Part shown: positions 1 to 7,363 of the stretch, piece by piece | Layout: every line of letters starts with the position of its first letter | How positions within the stretch are numbered: the first letter of the stretch is position 1 | DNA from: Candidatus Methylomirabilis limnetica | GTDB lineage: Bacteria > Methylomirabilota > Methylomirabilia > Methylomirabilales > Methylomirabilaceae | Assembly: GCF_003044035.1 (NCBI RefSeq) | Contig: NZ_NVQC01000036.1 | Location: forward strand, 53,362 to 85,361 | DNA: 32,000 nt | Reading direction: 5' to 3' | The notes under the pieces: model-generated | Told to the model about the DNA's origin: nothing | What the model saw: only the letters and a program-made list of their open reading frames with translations | The model's database searches: none | Program-made: the position numbers and the translations under genes

Positions 1-172
1 GCCTTTTCAATGACTTGTCAAGGTTCACCGGGACCGCGCCTCCGGTCGATCGGCGAGGCAATAGACATCGCACCTACCCCATTTTAAGAGTGAGTACATA
101 TTGCCAACAGACCTACCATCCGCGCCGTTTTTCCCTTGTCTTCTCAACAATCCATCTGTATGCTTTTCAATA

Positions 173-184
173 TAGACTAGTCTA
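173..184 (+). promoter_or_regulatory. Perfect 12-bp palindrome TAGACTAGTCTA in the leader of the antitoxin-toxin operon; candidate autoregulatory operator
   Basis: The palindrome was read directly. It lies 25 nt upstream of the ATG at 209 and just upstream of GGAGG at 199-203. The function is inferred only from the usual operator-in-promoter layout of type II TA operons. Confidence 0.3.
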
Positions 185-208
185 AGACCAGTATGACTGG
201 AGGCATTC

Positions 209-448
209 ATGAAAAGTATCGGAGCGTATGAGGCGAAAACGCATCTGCCTGAGCTGTTAGCGCGTGTCGCCAAAGGAGAGAAGATCACGATCACCAAATA
301 CGGCGTCCCGGTCGCTACATTGCAGCCTGCGGATGCCGCGAAGAAGACCCCCGTGCGGGAGATCATCGACCAGATGAAGCGATTTCGCAGCGGCCACCAC
401 CTCGGCGGACTATCGGTTCGCGACATGATCGAGGAAGGCAGACGTTGA
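209..448 (+). CDS. Type II antitoxin, Phd/YefM family, partner of the downstream PIN toxin
   Basis: 79-aa ORF with GGAGG 5 nt upstream. The N-terminus MKSIGAYEAKTHLPELLARVAKGEKITITKYGVPVATLQP has the Phd/YefM pattern. Its stop overlaps the toxin start (TGATG). Confidence 0.85.
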   Translation: MKSIGAYEAKTHLPELLARVAKGEKITITKYGVPVATLQPADAAKKTPVREIIDQMKRFRSGHHLGGLSVRDMIEEGRR

Positions 449-882
449 TGCCCACGCGATTCGTCGTCGATACCTCAGTCGTCATGGCGTGGTGTTTTCG
501 CGATGCCGGAAACCGCTACGCTGATGCTGTCCTTGAGAGCCTCGAAACCGGCGAGGCCCTCGTTCATGCCATCTGGCCCCTTGAAGTCGGTAATGTCCTG
601 CTTGTAGCGGAGCGCAAGAAACGTCTCAGTGAGGCGTCACTGGTTCGCTTTCTTGCCCTGCTTCGTAATCTGCCAATTACAGTCGAACAGGAGACCCCTG
701 ATCGAATGCTAACGGAAATCGTCTCACTGGCGCGGACACATCATCTTTCAACCTATGACGCATCCTATCTCGATCTCGCCATGAGGCTGGGACTACCAAT
801 CGCCACACAGGACGCCCTTTTGGCCAAAGCCGCAAAGACCTGCCGAGTCCCCGCCTTCGATCCGGCATCCGCCCAAGGGTAA
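448..882 (+). CDS. vapC: PIN-domain ribonuclease toxin VapC
   Basis: 144 aa from the ATG at 448; the track ORF starts at a TTG at 445. It carries PIN signatures FVVDTSVVMAW and HHLSTYDASYLDLA and is translationally coupled to the antitoxin. Confidence 0.9.
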   Translation: MPTRFVVDTSVVMAWCFRDAGNRYADAVLESLETGEALVHAIWPLEVGNVLLVAERKKRLSEASLVRFLALLRNLPITVEQETPDRMLTEIVSLARTHHLSTYDASYLDLAMRLGLPIATQDALLAKAAKTCRVPAFDPASAQG

Positions 883-1015
883 CCCTGAAGGCGCCACATC
901 AGCCGTTTTGGACAAATAGGTACGTAGGCAGGTGGTAGGACCTCCGCGAGACTCACCTTTTCTCTTCCACAAACGTAAAATCTGTCGGATCGGCCGTGTT
1001 CTGGAGCAATTCGGG

Positions 1016-1450
1016 ATATAGGGACAGACACTATTTATTGAAATCCTTTCTTGGTCTTCCCATCTGCTACACGTGTATTACTCATCCAGCTTCCTGCGTA
1101 CCTCCCAGATGAACCCGTCTCTTCGCAGTGGTTCTTTCGGGTGTTCCGTGGGTACCCTGGCCTTCCAGCATCCCCTCCCCCCTCGAGGGGGAGGAACACA
1201 GCTACCCTCTTCCCCGGAAGGGATATTGAGATCCCTCGTACCCACGCTAATGCCGGAAGAACCTTTGCAGTGGCTGCTCTGTCATCGTGCGCATTCGTAT
1301 CGCTGTCGTCCCGAAAGACCGCCTGGCGATCATTCCCTCGTTGCCTCACATGATACGGGTGGCCGGGTACAACAGCTCGGGTAATCCGTGGCATGCATGA
1401 TCATTGCAGCGAACACCACGAATTGTCACGATAGTAGTGTAGTGTCCCCA
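1016..1450 (-). mobile_element. Y1-transposase-derived MITE-like element, copy 1 (longest; degenerate right end; carries an extra 135-142 bp internal segment)
   Basis: It begins ATATAGGGACAGACACTA and aligns along its length with the copies at 6953, 8920, 24489 and 30208. The minus-strand remnant reads MPRITRAVVPGHPYHVRQRGNDRQAVFRDDSD. The right TIR is damaged (TAGTGTAGTGTCCCCA). Confidence 0.7.
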
Positions 1451-1512
1451 ACGCTTCTTTACATATCCCGTTTGCCCTGAGCTCGTCGAAGGGTCAAGTA
1501 TTTCAATAGGTT

Positions 1513-1568
1513 CCGTTCATGGTTCGACAAGCCTGTGGTGAGCCTGTCGAACTGCTCACCACGAACGG
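1513..1568. repeat. GC-rich imperfect long hairpin module
   Basis: GTTCGACA (1522-1529) pairs perfectly with TGTCGAAC (1545-1552). The outer arms CCGTTCATGGT (1513-1523) and ACCACGAACGG (1558-1568) have one mismatch. Confidence 0.4.
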
Positions 1569-1584
1569 ACTGTAAAGACTTCAC

Positions 1585-1616
1585 AGGGACAGTACGCTAG
1601 CGTCTGTCCCTATTTT
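1585..1616. repeat. REPIN-like hairpin made of two inverted copies of the MITE terminal core
   Basis: AGGGACAG (1585-1592), an 11-nt loop, then CTGTCCCT (1604-1611) followed by ATTTT. This is the two TIR cores brought together with no internal sequence. Confidence 0.55.
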
Positions 1617-1693
1617 CTTGGAATGAGAGTGGGACGCAGAGCTCGGCGCCGTGTCTCCGAAAACTTAGTCGAGACGAAACCTCTTCGCGCTCG

Positions 1694-2425
1694 TCAGCGA
1701 GAGGCGGACTGATCGGTCCGGAGCAATACCCGCTTGCCCTGGTAGCTCACGTAGACTCCGTCGGACGTGATGCTCTCGATCACGAGGTTGGCGTCGATCC
1801 GCTGGCCTTCGACGTACTTTTGGTTGTTGATGAAGACCCGGCGCTCCGCGGGGACCTCGGAATAGACGTGAACCTGGAGGCGCAGATTCGCGAAGACCTC
1901 CTGAGGTACCGGCAATTCTTGAGACGCCGGCGGTGTTGCCGGGTCTCGCTCCAGAGGCTTCACGGGAGCCGAGGCCACTGCAGGAGCCGGGGACTTCTCC
2001 GGCGCGGTCTCAGGCGTCGGAGGCGCGGCGGACCTCGGGGCAGCCGCTCCGGCGGATGTCACGTGCGCCGGCTTCGTCGCGGCCCGCGAGGCCGCGTCAG
2101 GATTTTGCTCCAGCCGCGACAGGGGCACGGAGGGCGCGCTCCTCGTTGCAGAGGGTGGGACTTGCTCCGGCGCCGCCGGTGCCGGGGATGTCGCGGGCGC
2201 CCGAGTCACGCTCACCAGAGCTCCGTCGGGGACGGAGGGCGCCGGGCGCAGCAGCCACAGCAAGACGCCCACGTTCACGACGATCACCACACCGGCGATC
2301 CACGGCCAGAGGAGCCGGTGCCGTGAAGGAGGCGCCGGCGTCCGGTGGACGGTTGCCGGTGTGGGAACGGCCACCGGGTGTCGATCCCGGTCGGCCTTCT
2401 TCAATGCGTCGAGGATGTAGGACAT
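1694..2425 (-). CDS. gspB: General secretion pathway protein B (GspB/ExeB-like)
   Basis: 243 aa with the typical MSYILDALKKADRDR start, one TM helix (LLWPWIAGVVIVVNVGVLLWLL), a Pro/Ala-rich linker and a C-terminal VHVYSEVPAERRVFINNQKYVEGQ GspB-type domain. It sits directly downstream of exeA. Confidence 0.75.
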   Translation of the reverse strand: MSYILDALKKADRDRHPVAVPTPATVHRTPAPPSRHRLLWPWIAGVVIVVNVGVLLWLLRPAPSVPDGALVSVTRAPATSPAPAAPEQVPPSATRSAPSVPLSRLEQNPDAASRAATKPAHVTSAGAAAPRSAAPPTPETAPEKSPAPAVASAPVKPLERDPATPPASQELPVPQEVFANLRLQVHVYSEVPAERRVFINNQKYVEGQRIDANLVIESITSDGVYVSYQGKRVLLRTDQSASR

Positions 2426-2432
2426 GTGCGGC

Positions 2433-4031
2433 CTATGAGCCTGCTCGCCGGAGGCGAGGTATCTTTGGATCGCGCTGGGCGGCGCTCAAATGGGTCAGCG
2501 TCTCCTTTCCGACGATCCCGTCGGCCATGAGCGACCGACTACGCTGGAAGGCGATCACCCGGGCACGGAGGTCGTTGTCGAAGACCTGGCGATTCCGTCC
2601 TCCTCCGGGGACGCCGTCGAACTCGGCGAACTGCTCTCGCACCCACTCCACGTCCTTGCCGCGCGTGCCCGGCCTGATGGGAACCGAGCTCAACACGGGC
2701 GCCTTCCAGAGGAGAATGAACGGACCATCCCAGTAGAGGTCGATCTCGCTCAGCGGGAACACGTGCCGCCGCCCCCCGACGTCGAGGGTCGCGTTCTGCT
2801 CGTCTAGGGCCACCACCGTGGCATACCGACGATCTCCCGCCGGCGTCGACAGCTCGATGATGGCCGGCAGGTTAAATCGCCGGAGCTTGCCCCACGAGCC
2901 CGTCTTGAAGAGACACTGAAGTCCTTCGGAGCGACCGCGCTCGCAGTCGAGGTTGTCCATGGAGCCGTCGACGTCAAGGCGCCAGCTCGCATAGAGGCTG
3001 GCGAAGGCCGACTGCCTGTCTGCGCGTAGTGAGGGATCCGAGAGGAGCGCCGATAGTATAGCGGACGTCGGGGTCGGATTCATCGCACTCGGGATCACGG
3101 CACGCCGGATCAACCGAGCCTGCCCCTGAGTGACGAGCACCCAAGTGCCGGTGACGAGCACTACGACGAGCACCGCTGCGCCCACCCACTGCCATCGACG
3201 CGCGGACCGCGGCGTGAGCGTCTCACCGAGCACCTCGCTCGCCGCGCGGCGCACCGTGGCGGCCATGACACGACGTTGGTCTTGCGTGTATGCCCCGAGC
3301 AGCGCGCGGTCGCAGATGGCGTTGATCAGCCGCGGGATGCCGCGCGCCGCCCCGTGCACTGAGCGCATCGCCGCATCGGTGAAGATCTTTTTCTTCTGGC
3401 CGGCGATCTGGATTCGATGAACGATATAAGCTCGCGTGTCGTCCTCGGAGAACGCCAGCAGGTGATAGCGCGCGGTGACCCGCTGGGCCAATTGCCGGAG
3501 CTCTTCCTTGTCGAGCAATCGGATCAGCTCCGGCTGGCCGATGAGGATGATCTGCAGCAGCTTCTGGGTTGGGGTCTCGAGATTCGTCAGCAGCCGGATC
3601 TGCTCCAGGACATCGGTGGCGAGGTCCTGCGCCTCGTCGACGATGAGCACCGTGCGACGCCCCTGCGCGTGCGCATCGAGCAGGTGTCGGTAGAGCGCGT
3701 CGACGAAGAGCTTCCCGCTGGTCGTGCCGGCGGGATACGAGATACGGAGCTCGTCGCACACCGCAGCGAGCAGCTCGATATCCGTGAGCCGCGGATTGAG
3801 GATGAGAGCCACGTCCACGCGGGGCGGCAGTTGCTCCAGCAGACACCGGCAGAGTGTCGTCTTCCCTGTTCCAACCTCGCCGGTAAGCTGCACGAATCCG
3901 CCGCCTTCTCCGACCCCGTAGAGAAGGTGTGCCAGGGCTTCACGGTGACGCTCACTCATGTAGAGATAGCGCGGATCGGGCGTCATGGAGAACGGGACCT
4001 CGGTGAGGCCGAAATGCGTCGTATACATCAT
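2433..4031 (-). CDS. exeA: ExeA/GspA-type AAA+ ATPase with a C-terminal peptidoglycan-binding domain
   Basis: 532 aa with Walker A GEVGTGKTT and Walker B LIVDEAQ. The N-terminus FGLTEVPFSMTPDPRYLYMSERHREALAHL is typical of ExeA. It also has a TM helix and a C-terminal PG_binding_1-like segment (RARVIAFQRSRSLMADGIVGKETL). Confidence 0.85.
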   Translation of the reverse strand: MMYTTHFGLTEVPFSMTPDPRYLYMSERHREALAHLLYGVGEGGGFVQLTGEVGTGKTTLCRCLLEQLPPRVDVALILNPRLTDIELLAAVCDELRISYPAGTTSGKLFVDALYRHLLDAHAQGRRTVLIVDEAQDLATDVLEQIRLLTNLETPTQKLLQIILIGQPELIRLLDKEELRQLAQRVTARYHLLAFSEDDTRAYIVHRIQIAGQKKKIFTDAAMRSVHGAARGIPRLINAICDRALLGAYTQDQRRVMAATVRRAASEVLGETLTPRSARRWQWVGAAVLVVVLVTGTWVLVTQGQARLIRRAVIPSAMNPTPTSAILSALLSDPSLRADRQSAFASLYASWRLDVDGSMDNLDCERGRSEGLQCLFKTGSWGKLRRFNLPAIIELSTPAGDRRYATVVALDEQNATLDVGGRRHVFPLSEIDLYWDGPFILLWKAPVLSSVPIRPGTRGKDVEWVREQFAEFDGVPGGGRNRQVFDNDLRARVIAFQRSRSLMADGIVGKETLTHLSAAQRDPKIPRLRRAGS

Positions 4032-4291
4032 GTGACGTGGAAGGGGGCTGCGCTGCCCTTCCTCACCTTCCCCCGCGAGAATCGGAGAGGATGTCGTCGG
4101 CCGTCTTCGGCGGACAACGACGGCGTTGCGCCGGCGGAGCCGTCACCCGACCATCCCTCATTATTCAGCTTGCTGATAGCTGACATCTGATCATCGATGT
4201 GATAAGGCATTGCTTTCGATGACTGGAAGTAACTAATCCGCCCTCCTGGGAGTCCACATTACGGAGGCAACGATCCGGCTAACGATGAGTT

Positions 4292-4380
4292 CAGCGGGCG
4301 GCGTTTACGCCATCCCTGGAATGATTTGTTTGGCACATCCTCTTTGTGTATCAAACCTCAATGGTCGCTGTCCCTATTTT
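4292..4380 (-). repeat. About 89-bp repeat family, copy D, ending in AATGGTCGCTGTCCCTATTTT
   Basis: It aligns in modules with the copies at 22944, 25912, 27647 and 23806. The last 13 nt equal the MITE right terminus. It ends 7 nt before the stop codon of the minus-strand gene at 4388. Confidence 0.65.
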
Positions 4381-4387
4381 AAGAACT

Positions 4388-4735
4388 TTATCGTCTTTGG
4401 CGCGGTGTCTTGCCAGGCTGACACTGAGGATCAGGATTTGCGGATCGCTGTTTCAATAGCTCGCTAATCGTTCCCCTGAGCTTCATACATTGGATCGCAG
4501 TGTCGATGAATGGCTGGGCCAGTTTTGACGAGCCCGCTCTGGCCACCTGATCCGCGCCTTGATTGGCGGTAGCGGCCATCCCCTCATAGATACAGTAACG
4601 CTGGGTCAGCACCTGGGTGGTCATACCCTTCAGTTCAGCATACTCCACATGGCAATTCTCGGCCGCCGCTGAGACTCCGGGCAAAAAGGCGAGTAGTACG
4701 CCAAACGCGACACTTGCGCGTACAACGATTCGCAT
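4388..4735 (-). CDS. Small secreted hypothetical protein (signal peptide, four Cys)
   Basis: I chose the ATG at 4735 because GGAGG lies upstream and it begins the signal peptide MRIVVRASVAFGVLLAFLPGVSAAAE. I recognised no family. Confidence 0.5.
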   Translation of the reverse strand: MRIVVRASVAFGVLLAFLPGVSAAAENCHVEYAELKGMTTQVLTQRYCIYEGMAATANQGADQVARAGSSKLAQPFIDTAIQCMKLRGTISELLKQRSANPDPQCQPGKTPRQRR

Positions 4736-5059
4736 GGCCTTACCTCCTGCCGGATCCGATCCGACTGCTATCTGGCCCATAGATATTTACTGTCCCACCT
4801 TGTACCTTGCCATAGCCGACACTCCGCCACCTGGCTGTGCCAGGGCAATACCCTTGACAAAGTCGCCGCAGCGGTCATAAACGGCCATGTGCCCGGGCCA
4901 GCCCGGGCGGCTACCGTCCGGTGGGGGCGGCATCGAGGTCTCAGAATGGCTGTTGTGTTCACTGGGCACGGAGAGAGCGAGTGGAGACCCCTCTAATGCT
5001 TCCTATCGTCAAAAGCGTGGCGGCTGATTTTTACTTTCGGCGTTCTTATATTTTCTCAT

Positions 5060-5096
5060 TTTTAATTGTCGCTGTCCCTATTTTCCTATTTTCCTG
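5060..5096 (-). repeat. Minimal copy of the shared repeat terminus with a reiterated CTATTTT heptamer
   Basis: AATTGTCGCTGTCCCTATTTTCCTATTTTCC was read directly. It lies about 10-20 nt beyond the stop of the PQQ dehydrogenase gene. Confidence 0.5.
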
Positions 5097-5106
5097 AGAA
5101 AAGACG

Positions 5107-6918
5107 CTAGTTTTCCGGTAAGCCAAATGCGATGACCGCGTCCCCCAGCGGAAACTGGAACTTCTGGTGCCCCCCGGCAGCTACCACTATAAATTGCTTT
5201 CCACCCGCCTTGTAAATGACCGGCGGCGCATTAACACCGGCCCCCGTGTTGAACTGCCACAACAAGCTGCCGTCGCGTGCGTCACGGGCGGTAAATTGAC
5301 CATTGCTTTCTCCCACAAACACCAATCCCCCCGCGCTCGTCGCTACCCCTCCTACCAGGGGTTTATCGGTGTGTACCTGCCATTGAATCTTTCCGGAAGC
5401 GGGATCGATGGCACTTAACCTGCCCGTACCGGACTCCTCGGCGCTGGTTGCTGTAACGTAGATGTCGCTTAATCCCGGCTTACGCTTTTCAGGTGGTACA
5501 TCGTGTACGGTGTATTTAGTCGGCATGTGCACCGCCGCGACATAGATCCAACCGGTCTGCGGGTTATAGGCGGCGGGAGACCAGTCGTTACCCCCGACCA
5601 AACCAGGGGAAATCACGATCCCATCCCGTGTCGGGCGCCGGAAAATATTATGCTGTGGCACGAACGGCTCTGACCGTGATAACAACTTACCGGTCAGGCG
5701 GTTGAGGACATACAGCCAACCAGTCTTGCCGGCCTGGGCCACGGCAGGCGTGAGACGGCCGTTATGCATGGTATCGATGAGGATCGGAGGGCTTGCCACA
5801 TCATAGTTCCACACATCGTGAGGAACCTCCTGGAAGTACCATTTCAGCTGGCCGGTCCGGGCATCCAGGGCAACCAGCGAAGACGTGTAGAGATTGTCGC
5901 CGGGACGGGTAGAGTCATCCATTTGCGGCGCCGGATTGCCGGTGCCGACATAAAGCAACCCCGCGGCCGGATCCAGAGCGGGATGGGTCCACACCGAACC
6001 ACCACCTCTCTTCCAGGCATCTGCGTATTTGGGCAGTGCGGCTTTCTCCGCTTTCAGGTCGCGTTCCAGCGAGTCACCCGCAGCGGTCTGGCCAGAGAAT
6101 TTTCCTTCCCAACCCTGCGTGGGTGTGGAATACCAGCGCCAGCGCAACTTTCCGCTGCCGGCGTCATATGCTGATACAAAAGCCCGCAGACCCTGGTCTT
6201 CCCCGGCAATCCCTACCACCGCATGCGGATCACCTCCCGTGGTTGCCCTCAGCGTGAGGCCGTACCCGGCGCCAGTGACGCCAATGATCACCTGTCCATC
6301 AAATACCAGCGGTGCCATGTTTCCGGAAAAACCTGTCCAGCCGATGACTTTCCATGTTTTCAAGGTATCGGCCTCCGCCAGAAAATCCAGCGACTCCCGC
6401 GCGCCGGCGTTGGGATCCGCAACCGGCACATCCCATAGTACGGCCCCGGTGTTCATGTCGAGAGCGATCAGGCGGGCGTCGACGGTAATCATGTAAATCT
6501 TACCGTAACCCATCGCCACACCACGATTAGTAGGCCCACAACACAATTCCTCTGTCGTGAGCTTGTGCTCGTAACGCCATTTCATCTTCCCAGTCACGGC
6601 GTCCAGGGCAACGACGTGGTTATAGGGTGTGCTGAGGTACATGATCCCGTCGGCAATCAGCGGATTGGTTTGAAACGTGCCCGGTATCCCGGTCTGGTAG
6701 ATCCAGCGGGGGACCAGCCGTTTCACGTTATCGCGATTAATGTCATCAAGTTCAGAGTACCGTTGATTACTGTAGCCATGTCCATAGGTCAACCAGTTAC
6801 TGTTATCGGTATGCGCAGACAAGAGACGCTTGTCGTCCACCCCGTCCGCGGCCATAGCTACTGCCACAAGATTAAAAACACCTACCCCAAATAGAAGGCA
6901 ACGAAATAACGTCTTCAT
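5107..6918 (-). CDS. PQQ-dependent dehydrogenase, methanol/ethanol family (periplasmic quinoprotein)
   Basis: 603 aa from the ATG at 6918, with signal peptide MKTLFRCLLFGVGVFNLVAVAMAADG. It has NWLTYGHGYSNQRYS, the vicinal CC (EELCCGPTNRG), PGDNLYTSSLVALDARTGQLKWYFQEVPHDVWNYD and repeated beta-propeller W motifs. Confidence 0.85.
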   Translation of the reverse strand: MKTLFRCLLFGVGVFNLVAVAMAADGVDDKRLLSAHTDNSNWLTYGHGYSNQRYSELDDINRDNVKRLVPRWIYQTGIPGTFQTNPLIADGIMYLSTPYNHVVALDAVTGKMKWRYEHKLTTEELCCGPTNRGVAMGYGKIYMITVDARLIALDMNTGAVLWDVPVADPNAGARESLDFLAEADTLKTWKVIGWTGFSGNMAPLVFDGQVIIGVTGAGYGLTLRATTGGDPHAVVGIAGEDQGLRAFVSAYDAGSGKLRWRWYSTPTQGWEGKFSGQTAAGDSLERDLKAEKAALPKYADAWKRGGGSVWTHPALDPAAGLLYVGTGNPAPQMDDSTRPGDNLYTSSLVALDARTGQLKWYFQEVPHDVWNYDVASPPILIDTMHNGRLTPAVAQAGKTGWLYVLNRLTGKLLSRSEPFVPQHNIFRRPTRDGIVISPGLVGGNDWSPAAYNPQTGWIYVAAVHMPTKYTVHDVPPEKRKPGLSDIYVTATSAEESGTGRLSAIDPASGKIQWQVHTDKPLVGGVATSAGGLVFVGESNGQFTARDARDGSLLWQFNTGAGVNAPPVIYKAGGKQFIVVAAGGHQKFQFPLGDAVIAFGLPEN

Positions 6919-6952
6919 TTCTCTCCTGCCTTGCAAGTTGTTGGTCTCTCGA

Positions 6953-7248
6953 ATATAGGGACAGACACTCTTTATTGAAATCCTTTCTTGGTCTTCCCTT
7001 CTGCACCACGTGTATTACTCGTCCAGTTTCCTGCGCACCTCCCAGATGAACCCGTCTCTTTGCAGTGGCCGTTCTGTCATCGTGTGCCTTCGAATCGCTG
7101 TCGTTCCGAAAGATCGCCTGGCGATCATTCCCTCGTTGCGTCACATGATACAGGTGGCCGGACGCAACGGTTCGGAGAATCCGTGGCAGGCACGATCATG
7201 ACCGCGGACAGCACGAATCGTCACAATAATAGTGTCTGTCCCTATTTT
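6953..7248 (-). mobile_element. Y1-transposase-derived MITE-like element, copy 2
   Basis: ATATAGGGACAGACACTC ... TAGTGTCTGTCCCTATTTT. The minus-strand remnant reads ...HVTQRGNDRQAIFRNDSDSKAHDDR...KGRPRKDFNKE. It lies between the hydrolase stop and the PQQ-dehydrogenase start. Confidence 0.75.
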
Positions 7249-7363
7249 TACTATTTTTTAATTTTTTACGAGCGTGTAGTTCACTTTATTTTCGATCTCA
7301 CACTACAGCAACCAGGTGTTGATCGCCAACCCGGAGTTACTGCCCTTCATTACGGCCTGATCT

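Noticed and set aside
25-426. 133-aa minus-strand ORF overlapping the antitoxin gene and its leader
   Set aside because: It has no motif and no ribosome-binding site, and it is antisense to a well-supported TA operon.
1035-1394. ORFs inside the MITE copies treated as real genes (1035-1394, 6872-7144, 8955-9341, 30263-30454 and others)
   Set aside because: Only the first 30 or so codons resemble a Y1 transposase. The reading frame and length differ between copies and the catalytic core is absent. They are remnants, not genes.
4787-4969. 60-aa minus-strand ORF between the PQQ dehydrogenase and the small secreted protein
   Set aside because: It has a GTG start without a ribosome-binding site, I recognised no motif, and an alternative overlapping ORF is equally plausible. 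It may be a gene remnant but cannot be supported.
5107-6918. Classifying the PQQ dehydrogenase as lanthanide-dependent (XoxF/PedH-like) or calcium-dependent from the D-x-D motif
   Set aside because: I could not place the catalytic Asp and the +2 position reliably by eye; the candidate is LSDIYV. This needs a real alignment, so no claim is made.
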